A stretch of 64,000 nucleotides of DNA from NCBI RefSeq assembly GCF_006345805.1, contig NC_043015.1, positions 13,764,001 to 13,828,000 of the forward strand, written 5' to 3'. This DNA comes from Octopus sinensis. Lineage: Eukaryota. Positions within the stretch are counted from its first letter, which is position 1. Every line of letters begins with the position of its first letter. A program made the translations under genes and the position numbers. Under the pieces are notes generated by a model. The model did no database searches. It was not told where the DNA came from and saw only the letters and a program-made list of their open reading frames with translations. This document shows, in pieces, positions 53,539 through 64,000 of this stretch.

Positions 53539-53601
53539 GGAATCAAAATACAGAAATGATCTTTAATGGAATTAATTTGATAATACATCTGAAAGAATGT
53601 T
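53539..53601 (+). CDS. candidate exon (xNQNTEMIFNGINLIIHLKEC)
   Basis: tttacatttatatttcag| acceptor, |gtaatt donor; 63 nt, open only in phase 1-1. Confidence 0.3.
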
Positions 53602-54224
53602 GTAATTGGAAACTTTAAGCACATTTTAAGTTCGTGGGCTTATTCTATTTTTCATCAAAGTGTTTTGTCAATAGATTTTTTTTTCTGGTTGTTTTATGGA
53701 AATAGTGAATGGTATAATTTACGCAAATTAGGTTTGAATTTTCAACTTTGAAATATTGATTAGATATTAATTAAAGGAATATCAACATTGTTTGATATTT
53801 TTTTCTTTGTTTATAACCTTAGTGATAGGATGGGTGAGCAGCTCTGGCCATCTCATGTTCTGATTGTTGTTCAAATTAAATCATATGATATATTGTTAGA
53901 TTCTAGATTTCAAATTATAGTAATGTATCCTTATAGAAGGAAGAAAAGAAAGAAGTTTTTGGTTGGGTATTTTTTTTCCTAATTTCCTAAATATATTTCA
54001 GAAAAAAATAAACAATTTTTCTGAAGAACTTAACATTTTGAATTTTTTAGACTAGGAATATCTCATAGGAACAATGAAGTATGTTGTTATCAAGCTTACT
54101 TGGAATCACATGGTTTTGGGCACCTAGGGCAGTATCTTCTAGTGCAGCCCAAGTCAATCAATGCCTTGTAAGTGTATTTGATTGACGGAAACTGTGTGGA
54201 AGCCCATCATATGTGTGTATATAA

Positions 54225-54262
<38 letters not shown>

Positions 54263-54296
54263 GTATATATATGTATATGTATATATATACACACAC

Positions 54297-54340
<44 letters not shown>

Positions 54341-54423
54341 TATATCTAAGAAACAAGTTAAAAATAAGGGTCATTACACATTTTCCCTCTATTGGAGCAA
54401 ATTTGGCTTACAGCTGTTTCCAG

Positions 54424-54435
54424 TAGTCATTACAG
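54424..54435 (+). CDS. candidate 12-nt microexon (xVIT-G)
   Basis: gctgtttccag|TAGTCATTACAG|gtacat; phase 1-1, joins 56560-56587. Confidence 0.3.
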
Positions 54436-54880
54436 GTACATTACTGACAGGAAAATTGAATAACCTAAGAAAATTAATGCTACTTTCATCAGAGCCATTT
54501 TTAGTTATAACAAGCAGAGCATTGAAGGAATGGCTATTGTATGAGGAAGGTGAGAAGAGATGGAAATATTCAAGTAGAATAGAGATGTACATATGTGTGT
54601 GTGTGTTTCTGTCTGTTTGTCCACCCCACTCACTGCTTGACAACTGATGTTGGTTTGTTTTAGCAGTTCAGCAAAAAAGAAACTGATAGAATAAGTACCA
54701 GACTTTTGAAATAAGTACCAGTGTTGATATGTTCAACTAAAACCCTTCATGGAGGTGCTCCTGCATGGCCACAGTCCAGTGACTGAAACAAGATAGAAAT
54801 AACTTTGGTATATATATCAGTTATTTTTACTTCTGATTATGTTTTGCTGTAAGGTATATTTGTAATATCTTAGCATTAAG

Positions 54881-55058
54881 TGCAGGCGTGGCTGTGTGGT
54901 AAGAAGCTTGCTTCCCAACCACATGGTTCCAAGTTCAGTCCTACTGCGTGGCACCTTGGGTAAGTGTCTTCTACTACAGCCTCGGACCAACCAAAGCTTT
55001 GTGAGTGGATTTGGTAGATGAAAACTGCAAGAAGCCCCTCTTGTGTGTGTATATATAT

Positions 55059-55129
<71 letters not shown>

Positions 55130-55335
55130 CTTTGTTTGTCCCCCACCACCACTTGACAACTGGTGTTGGTGTGTTTACATCCCTATAACTTAGGAGTTTC
55201 GCAAAAGAGACCAATAAAAAAGTACCAGACTTAAAAATAAATAAACAAGTACTGGAAGAAATTCATTGAACTAAAAGTTCTTCAAGGTGATGCCCCAGCA
55301 TGGCCACAGTCTGACTGAAACATGTAAAAGATAGA
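54881..55335 (+). mobile_element. SINE family A (tRNA-like head + CORE-like box + microsatellite + tail), near full length
   Basis: A box tggctgtgtggt, B box gttcagtcc, accttggg.aagtgtctt CORE-like motif, internal (TA)n(TG)n, tail tgactgaaacatgtaaaaga. About 20 copies in the window, e.g. 7940-8320(-), 40830-41060, 41250-41620(-), 50270-50590. Confidence 0.85.
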
Positions 55336-55569
55336 AGATTACATGAAATAGCATTTTCTTTTTTGGTTTTCTTTGTTTCATGTTATTAGCTACTTGATTC
55401 CACTCACATTACATAATTGATGCAATTAAGTATTTGAGAGCATCCTTTCTTCATTAGCTTGAGGAAGGAGGTAGTAGTAGTAGCAGTAATATTTATAATC
55501 CTTTTACAAGGTTCATAAAATTGAAGTCAGTATAACTTACAGAAGTCGATGCAGTTAATTATTAATTTG

Positions 55570-55760
55570 AACTGTTGGAGGGTTAGTGGGTGGTAGACAG
55601 CAGGAAGGGAATTTGAAACAGCGTTCTAGGAAAGCAAGTTCATTGACATTTCATGATTGAAAGGGAGTGATGGAGAAGAAGGTGCATTGAGTGAATTCAG
55701 GTGGAGGTGGGGCATAGAGTCAGTGAGTTCAGAAGAGAAAAATGTTCACTTGCATATATG
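55570..55760 (-). mobile_element. old CR1/L2-like ORF2 3' fragment
   Basis: Reverse strand begins SSEL..SMPPP.. followed by a degenerate SF.PR..SL....FP..L..FK-like segment. Confidence 0.35.
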
Positions 55761-56559
55761 GTGGGGTTCTTTCTGATATTTGAATTGTCTTTTTCTGTCT
55801 GTATGTTAATAAAGTTCAGTAAATTGTATTTTATACTTAGTAAAGTTACTCAGTTGTAAAAGGGCATTTAGTATCTGCCAGTTTTGAAACGGGAAATCAA
55901 CCTTTGGATTCCAGTCTTGGAAATTATGATCATCATCATCTCCGCCACCACCATTATTATCATTTTAACTATCCACTTTTCCATGTTTGCATGGGTCAGA
56001 CAGAGTTTATCAAAGCAGTTTTTTCTGTGGCTGGGTGCACTTCCTGTTGTTAACCCACACCTATTTCCAAGCACGGTGATATTTCTCAATGGCCAGACAT
56101 GTTTTTCTTTTGTTTTCAGAATATTGCAAAAAAATGACCCTGCTCGTAATGACTGGCACTAATTTAAAACTGTCACACAATGTCAAGACTAGAAGACACA
56201 TATATACATACACAAAACCTGTCATATGTATGTATAGATATATATCAGAGGCAACTCCAAGTCATCAGCATCACTCAAGCTCGTTACAGATTTCACATAA
56301 GACACTTGAAGAATTTTATGTTTCTCCACTTTACTTCTAGCCCTAAATGGCTTATTTTTTATATCTAGTACTATGTCTTTCTCTATTTCTAAGTTAAGGG
56401 TAAATATAAAACAACCCTGCAAAACAAAACTGATCTTTACACACAGATGCACAGAATAATGGTAATCAAATAACAGCAGAGTGCACAACAAGCATCAGCG
56501 ATCTGACTGTTGCCTGTACTCTTGACAAGAAATGCCAGTTACTCTTTTATACCTATCAG

Positions 56560-56587
56560 GCTCGTTTGTATTAGCCTTGGTTGCTGG
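56560..56587 (+). CDS. 28-nt coding exon (GSFVLALVAG)
   Basis: actcttttatacctatcag|GCTCG...GCTGG|gtaatt; phase 1-2, matches 58653-58765. Confidence 0.5.
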
Positions 56588-57027
56588 GTAATTTTTCGTT
56601 CCTTTAAGAATATTTTAGAATGGAAACTTTTCATAGATTGAAATTTAAACCCTAATCTCAATAGAAATATATTGTTTTAAGAAAACATTGAATTTGAATT
56701 ACCTTTAATTTTTACAATTATAAATGACGACTCTGGCTGTAACTTCTGAGCCTGAGTCAGACGTGTGTGAATGATGTCGAGAGAACATTTACTATGAATG
56801 ATCTTTTTTGACACAGAGTCCCTCTAAGATGACCACCAGATGCTTAACTGCAACTAGGCTCAATAAAAGGAGCCTGAGTTATTGGCTGAATTACATACTT
56901 GAAGTCAGTGTTGGTAGAAATTAAATCAGCTTGCAAATACACACTCACTTTACTAAATTTATATTCAGGCTAAGCCCAAACAGCCTGAGTGCCAGAGTCA
57001 CCACTGATATATATATATATAAATATA

Positions 57028-57365
57028 GGCACAGGCATGGCTGTGTGGTAAGAAGCTTGCTTCCCAACCACATGGTTCTAGGTTCAGTCCCATTGCATGG
57101 CACCTTGTGAGTGGATTTGGTAGACAGAAACTGAAAGAAGCCTATCATATATATGTATATGTTTGTGTGTCTGTGTCTGTCCCCCCATCCTCGCTTCACA
57201 ACAGATGTTGGTGAGTTTACATCCCTATAACTTAGCGGTTTGGCAAAAGAGACTAATAAAATAAGTACTAGGCTTACAAAGAATAAGTCCTGGGGTTGAT
57301 TTGTTTGACTAAAAAGGCAGTGCCCCAGCATGGCTGCAGTCAAATGACTGAAATAAATAAAAGAA
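57028..57365 (+). mobile_element. SINE family A copy
   Basis: Colinear with 54881-55335, with an internal deletion. Confidence 0.85.
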
Positions 57366-57409
57366 TATGTATACACACACACACACACATATACACTTAT
57401 ATAATACAG

Positions 57410-57556
57410 GATTCTTTCAGTTTCCATCTACTAAATTCACCCTCAAAGTGTTGATCAGCCTGAGGTGTAGTAGAAAACATTTGTCCAAAGTACCACACAG
57501 TGGAACTGAACCTGAAGCCACATGGTTAGGAAGCAAATTTCTTAACCACAATCATG
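57410..57556 (-). mobile_element. SINE family A head, inverted
   Basis: Reverse complement of the family A 5' ~150 bp. Confidence 0.75.
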
Positions 57557-57704
57557 CTTTTATCTAATATATTTGATACCACAGTGACTACTAGAGATGG
57601 TAAGCCCTAGCAATTTTTTTTAAATGTTTAAATTGTTTATAATGCTAGGTATAGTTGATATACTTTTTGAAATTTGTTTCTTTTGAATATATATATATAT
57701 ATAT

Positions 57705-58063
57705 GTGCCACCGGAACGTAAAAAGCACCATCCGATCGTGGCCATTGCCAGCCCTGCCGGTGGCACGTAAAAAGCACCATCCGATCATGGCCGTTGCCAG
57801 CCTCGCCTGGCCCCCGTGCCGATGGCACGTAAAAAGCACCATTTGACCGTGGCCATTTGCCAGCCCCATCAGGCACCTGTGCCGGTGGCATGTAAAAAGC
57901 ACCCACTACACTCACGAAGTGGTTGGCGTTAGGTAGGGCATCAAGCCGTAGAAACATTGCCAGATCAGACTGGGCCTGGTGCAGCCTTCTGGCTTCCCAG
58001 ATCCCAGTTGAACCGTCCAACCCATGTTAGCATGGAAAGCGGATGCTAAATGATGATGATGAT
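57705..58063 (+). mobile_element. 5'-truncated RTE 3' UTR with four tandem ggcacgtaaaaagcacc units
   Basis: Reverse complement of 19110-19440; CpG-rich; ends catggaaagcggatgctaaa(tga)n. Confidence 0.85.
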
Positions 58064-58652
58064 ATATATATATATAGTGTCTGTATGTGAGTACAGTTGA
58101 AAGAGACTATTCTAGAGGATATTCAAACAATTCATACAAAATGTTGTGTATTTGGAACATGTGATCTATGATAGTACAAAAACATAATATAAAATTATGT
58201 CACTTAATCTTAGTTCCTTTGTTATTAAAGTTTTTTTTTGTTGGTTGAACTAAATGCATGCATAAAAAAAAGCAAAAACATTAATTAAAGTATTTAACAG
58301 AATTTCAATATTCTGTATGTTTATTAAAGCAGTGAGCTGACAGAATTGTTAGCATGTCAAAAAAAATTGCTTTGCAGCATTTCTTCCAACTTTATGTTCT
58401 GAGTTCAAATTCTGCTGTGGTCAACTTTACCTTTCATTCTTTTGGGGTCAATAAAATAAGTATCAGTTGAGCACTGGGGTCAGTATAATCGACTTGCCCA
58501 CTTCCCTCAAATTACTGGCCTTGTGCCAAAATTTCAAACCAATATTTTGTGTATTTATTATTTTCCTATTGATACTTATGTTGAATAGGTATACAAGTTA
58601 GAAATTTGCTGTAATCCTTGGGGTAACTATTTTATAATTGTTTTGTCGTTAG

Positions 58653-58765
58653 ATGTGTTACTGTTCTCACTATTTACAATTGCCTGTATTCTACTCAAGA
58701 CATCATAGATACATTTGCAATTTTCTTTTATTGGCAGTTAGCTACCATGCTACCATCTTACCTAG
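58653..58765 (+). CDS. coding exon, hydrophobic (CVTVLTIYNCLYSTQDIIDTFAIFFYWQLATMLPSYL)
   Basis: ttgttttgtcgttag| acceptor, CTAG|gtatct donor; 113 nt, open phase 2-1; phase-compatible with both neighbouring candidates. Confidence 0.6.
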
Positions 58766-59869
58766 GTATCTACAGTTAGCCTGCTCACATGCTTCCATGC
58801 TTTTCAGTACATGTACACCACGTAAAAAGTTAACGTGTCAGATACAATCAATAAAGCTTAATTTGATACTGATAAATTCTCATCCTTCCCTTGCATAAAC
58901 TAGAAGTGTATTATTGAGTGGTTTCATATTAATGGTGACCAGTTTTAAGTGTTGAGCTAGTGTTATTATCCTAGAGCCAGTGTGAAAATGATTTGAAACT
59001 TTCTTGTTCTGACATTAATTAAGTATCACTTACACAAACTAATTACAACCTGGCAGCCAATTTTCTTTACTTTGATAGGAGTGGGGTGTGTGTGTGTGTC
59101 GGAAGAGGGTGGCTTAAATATCTGGGGCATCAATCCATTGACAAGTGTGCTGTCGTAATAATTTCGATTAATTCTGTCTTTCATAAAGATCATCAAAGAT
59201 CATGTTTTTTTTTGAAATTTTCCTTCTTTTTTTTTTTGTACCAGCTTCATTTTTTTCAATATTGTTGCTGGAGTGGGAATGTTAGTTTTATTTTTTCTGT
59301 TTATAGCCAACTTTGATTCCTGTGATGTGTCCTGTCTGCTACTATTCTCTACTCCACTGTCTCTTTCTTCTTGGATCTCTTTAATCTGTGAAGGAAGCTG
59401 AATTAGCTGAAAGCTTCTTCATGTTTGCTATATGGCCGTTAAAGCTGATATAGCTATCCAGTTAGTAAATCCAGTTAGTAATGTTACTATGCTTCACTGC
59501 AAATGAAAGAAAATTAGTTTATTTTCAGATGAATTATAATATCATCTTGTTGCTATCAGTTTTCAAAATGCATTACAAATAACATGAACTCCTGCTATTA
59601 AATCTAATTCAGATCTTAGAACTTAACTATCTCCTATGAAACTATCTATGAAACTTCTATAAAGATATCTGGACTTGTAAGATTTTCCTACTTTTGGCAG
59701 TGAAATACAAATAGAAGACCTGAACAGCAACTATCTTTTCAGTATGTAGGAGAAATTTAATTTGATTCAGTTCATTTTCTATTCACAGGTGCTTTTAATC
59801 AAAGGCTCCTTTTTTATTCACTTTTGAAATTATTGTTATTAAATAATAATAATAATAATAATAATGGTA

Positions 59870-59907
<38 letters not shown>

Positions 59908-60133
59908 TTCAAATTTTGCCTCAAAGGTAGCAATTTTGGGAGAGAGGATGAGTCAATTACATCAACCCCAGTGTTCAACTGGTACTAATTTTATTGACCC
60001 TGAAAGAATGAAAGGCAAAGTCAACCTCAGCAGAATTTGAACTCAGAATGTAGTAATGGGTGAAATACTGCTAAGCATTTCATCCAGTGTGCTAACGATT
60101 CTGCCAGCTCACTGCCTTAATAATAATAATGAT

Positions 60134-60503
60134 AACAAGAGCGCTCAGAGAGCGCAAACCTCCACCAAGGCAACACTAACGTCCTCTCAGTGATTAGCCA
60201 GAGATGATTTTTAAAATGAGAATATCTGAAATAAACTTGACTACTCCCACAAATGAGAATACTAAAAATGAACCTGACTGCTCTCTAAAATTAAGTAAAA
60301 AAAACAGGAAAAATGATCCAGATCCTTGTCCAGTACTACTGGATTGATCCCAAAATCTAACCAGTTTGTACCAGTCACAAGGCCAAACATCCTTGAAATT
60401 TTCATCCAAATCCATCCAATAATTCTTGAGATATCTTGTCCACGGACAAACAAACAAACACGACTGAAAACAATACCTCCGCCTTAGTGAAGGCGGAGGT
60501 AAT
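60134..60503. mobile_element. non-autonomous Helitron/Helentron-like (HINE/DINE-1-type) element
   Basis: aacaagagcgctcagagagcgcaaacctcc.ccaagg start; (caaa)n microsatellite; terminal 12-bp hairpin tacctccgcctt-agtg-aaggcggaggta sharing the acctcc.cc subterminal motif. A second partial copy lies inverted at ~12253-12440. Confidence 0.6.
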
Positions 60504-60659
60504 AATAATGGTTTTAGGGGGTAAGTTGATTACATTAACCCTAGTGCTCAACTGGTATTTATTTTATCAACCCCGAAAGGATGAAGGGTAAAGTCAACCA
60601 TGGCAGAATTTGAACTCGGGATGTGGAAACAGACAAAATACCACTAATAATTTTGCCCT

Positions 60660-61118
60660 GTGTGATAAAACTTCTCACAGATAGAGAAATTAAGACCAAT
60701 AGGCTGGATATAGTGGTCAGAGATCATCAAGAAAAAAAATGCTTTCTAATGTATCAATACATTTCTGATGTATCAATACCAACAGATGACAACATTTTTC
60801 TAAAAGAAATGGAGAAACCTTCAAAATACAAAGACCTGGAAATAGAGGTAACTTGAATGTGGAGTCTAAAAACAGAAACAATTCCTATGATTGTAGGCAC
60901 ATTAGGTATAATAAAAAAAATATTCAGACAAATGCATAGCAAAAACACCAGGGCTAACAAGTATATATAACATACAAAAAATAGCACTACTATGCACTGC
61001 ACACATCCTCTGTAAAACATTTTCAATACAGTAAAAATAAGAGCACAGTACATACCCAAGGCACACAGAGCTGCGCTCGGTAGTGCAGTGAAAGCACGTG
61101 ATAGAAATAAGACTACTG
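60660..61118 (+). mobile_element. R4/Dong-type RLE 3' fragment
   Basis: TDREIKTNRLDIVVRD..DVSIPTDDN..KYKDLEIEV..W..KTETIP.IVGTLG; followed directly by (TAA)n. Confidence 0.85.
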
Positions 61119-62043
61119 AATAATAATAATAATAATAACAACAACAATAATAATAATAATGGTTTCAAATTTTGGCACAAGGCCGGAAATTTTGGGGGAG
61201 GAAATAAGCTGATTACATTGACTCCAGTGTCCATCTGGTACTTATTCTGTGAACTCTTAAATAATAGTAGTAATAATAATAATAATAATAATTTTATTAT
61301 TATTATTATTATTTCTAATACAGGTACAGGGCCAGAAATTAAGAGGTGGGGACTAGTTGATTAAATCAACCACAGTACTTGACTGGCTCTTTGTTTTATT
61401 GACCTTGGCACAATAAAAGACTAAGTTAACCTCTATGGGATTTGAACTCTTAACATGAAAGGCTGAAAGAAATACCACAAGACAATATGTCTGATGCTCT
61501 AATGATTCTGTATTATCACTTGCTTCTGTAGCCATTATCTAACAAATCTAGTTTGTGCATTGTTCAGAATATTTATTAAACAGTTCAAAACAATTCCTTT
61601 TTCTGTTACATGTTCTTTTAAATATTCATTATTTGTTTTTTTTTTATTTTATTTTAAGAGTTCATTCTCTAGTGCAATTTGTTTGTGTAGCATTTGTGAT
61701 TGTTTTTGGTATGATGTTTTGTTGTTGTTGTAGAAGAAGAAGAAGAAGAAGAAGGTAGTGAGCTGGCAGAACTGTTAGCATGCTGGGCAAAACGCTAAAC
61801 AGTATTTTATCCTTGCGCTTTGAGTTCAAATTCCATTGAGGTTGACTTTACCTTTCATCCTTTTGGGGTTGATAAAATAAGTACCAGTTGAGCACTGAGG
61901 TTGATGTAATTAACTTACCCCTCCCCCTGAAGTTGCTGGCTCAGTGCCAAAATTTGAAACCATTTTTTTTTTTTAAGTGGCTATCTGGTTTAAATCTGTT
62001 CAGGGTGGATGAAAGGAAGATATATGACTATGTCAATCCCTAT

Positions 62044-62267
62044 GGTTGGCAGAATCGTTAGCATGCCGGGCGAAATGCGTAGCTGTATTTCGTCTGCCAT
62101 TAAGCTCTGAGTTCAAGTTCCGCCAAGGTCGACTTTGCCTTTCATCCTTTCGGGGTCGATTAAATAAGTACCAGTTACGCACTGGGGTCGATATAATCGA
62201 CTTAATCCGTTTGTTTGTCCTTGTTTGATCTCTCTGTGTTTAGCCCTTTGCGGGTAGTAAAGAAATT
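62044..62267 (+). mobile_element. SINE family B (tRNA-like head, Nin-like central domain), young copy
   Basis: ggcagaatcgttagc..gagttcaagttccgccaaggtcgactttgcctttcatcctttcggggtcgattaaataagtaccag; CpGs intact. About 25 copies, e.g. 12004-12212, 24263-24470, 58327-58545, 59900-60120(-), 61753-61962. Confidence 0.85.
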
Positions 62268-63223
62268 GGTATTTATCCAGAATCTGAAGTAGCTGGTAAC
62301 AGTCTGCTGTCAGTAATCGGTTGTTCATAGGAGAGTTTGTAGAAGTGTTCAGTAAGTTCAGTTGATGTGAGGAGTAAAGAATTGAACATCCTTGATTCAT
62401 AACTTTTGTCTGTGAGTGCTGAAGTCAGTGAAAGTGGTGTTGTTGTTTTGGTTGTAGACAAATGAGGAAGACTGATGTGGGAGTGAGGTTGAAAGGCCAA
62501 GAAACATTGTGTGTAAGAGTCACTGAGGTGAATGAAGTAGGAGGAAGCTGGGAATTAGAGAGGGAGAAAGAGCTAAAATATCAAGCAAGACATAGGTTTC
62601 ACCTTCTTGCTATTGGTGTAAAGTTACCTAAGAAAATTCTAAATTTAGAAAGGCTGAAAATTTAACCAGTAACAATAAACACACATTGATACATGTCCTT
62701 GTATACAGGGACACACACATTGGTGTTTACAGACAGATTCAAACACAGGCACGTTGGGGTGTTGGGGTATACACAATCACATCTATATGCTTATATACAC
62801 ATCCATGACTTTTACATGATATTGATCTAGAATATCTTAATTGAAAGAATAGAAGGAAAGGGGACACGGATGTATGATTAAAAGGAGGATGGAAGTGTAT
62901 GTTCACACTTTGTAGAACAGAAGTTCCCAAGTTGAAAATGAAATTTTTTTTCCGTATGTTTGTAGTGTCATTTGAGACTGTTTGGAAAATACCGCAATTT
63001 GAAATGTGATCTGTTAAGTAATCAGGTGACCTATAACAATTAGCCTTATACTTTGTCAAAGGGTATTATTTTAATATGTCACATCTGTTATGAAAAACAT
63101 TCTCTCATATATGATAGTTGAATCATAAAAGATAGGATATTTTTTTGAGTGAAATACAGACAATGAGCATGATATGGCAACATTCTCTTATAACTCTTGA
63201 CTCAGTGATTCTGAATAAATAAG

Positions 63224-63440
63224 TTAACCCTTTAGCATTCAGATTACTTTCAAATGTAATCCTTATTTATTCACATTGTTTTGAAATAAGCATGCTTTAT
63301 ATCATAGCTTCAAGATTTTGATGTTGTGATTGTCTATTTTTAGTATTATATTGTATGGTAAGTGTTAAGTGACCAGATCTGGCCACGCTGAACATAAAAC
63401 AAGTAGAATATTTAGACTGGATATGACCATTTTAAATGTG
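63224..63440 (+). mobile_element. piggyBac-type MITE family 1 copy
   Basis: ttaaccctttagcattcagattac... with the same internal sequence. Confidence 0.7.
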
Positions 63441-63522
63441 AAAGGACTATGTAAAATATTTTAATAGATGGAAATTTAGGAACTAAAGAAATTTGCAACT
63501 CATTCATTACACATTGTTGTAG

Positions 63523-63580
63523 ATGCTATTACTGGAAGAGAGCATTATACATGTAAACTGCCATTAAGCTGTGTCTACAG
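63523..63580 (+). CDS. coding exon (DAITGREHYTCKLPLSCVY)
   Basis: cattcattacacattgttgtag| acceptor, ACAG|gtaact donor; 58 nt, open only in phase 1-2. Confidence 0.6.
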
Positions 63581-64000
63581 GTAACTTTTGATTTTTAGTT
63601 GTTGGTATTTTTGAAAAATATCAGAAACACCACAAGAACTGAATCTCTGTTTCTAGGCAAAATTGTTTATCACAGTTATTTACATGCCACGTATGTAGCT
63701 ATAAATGCACTCACACACACACACACACACACACACATGGGTAGGTAGGAGGATTCTGAAAAGTTGAGAGTTTTTTTGCCAGGAACCAGAAGGTAATTTG
63801 ATGGTAGAAGAATTAGCAACTTGTGCAATGAACAAAAGCATCTTTTTTCCTGAAGGTCACTGTGCAAGCAGTGTTGTTGTTGTTTAATCCTAAGTCAGTC
63901 TTAATCAAAAGCATCCCAGTTGTGATCATCATCCTCCTTGCTTTTTCCAAAAGCATAGTGCTTCCAAGAACTTATTATCTAAAGTGTCCTTCTTTCAGGG

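Noticed and set aside
54881-54960. tRNA-like A/B boxes
   Set aside because: SINE heads: no complete cloverleaf, and they continue into the repeat body. No true tRNA gene was found.
56817-56913. Open phase 0 segment SPSKMTTRCLTATRLNKRSLSYWLNYILEVSV
   Set aside because: Would break the phase 2 junction between 56587 and 58653; donor is weak.
57705-57905. Repeat-spacer-like array resembling CRISPR
   Set aside because: Eukaryotic context, no cas genes, inter-repeat segments are related to each other, and the block is the 3' UTR of an RTE LINE.

Overview
AT-rich, microsatellite-dense eukaryotic genomic DNA. The repeat families (tRNA-headed CORE/Nin-type SINEs, RTE and R4/Dong LINEs, mariner/maT fossils) fit a coleoid cephalopod, probably Octopus; this is inference, not a database match. 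Most of the window is intronic: dozens of SINEs, several LINE fragments, DNA-transposon fossils and MITEs, Helitron-like elements, a Penelope tail with a minimal hammerhead-ribozyme motif, and a decayed 5S rRNA copy. Short plus-strand exon candidates, several only 7-14 nt, run through it. They can be joined in phase into an unidentified protein, with a hydrophobic, possibly membrane-spanning part near the end of the window. I could not name the gene, and the exon chain was built by eye and may be overfitted. No long ORF in the supplied track is a host gene: they are microsatellite translations, transposon remnants or chance ORFs. The most striking unexplained structure is a perfect 72-bp inverted repeat at 49922-50070. 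Repeat boundaries are approximate unless termini or TSDs are quoted.
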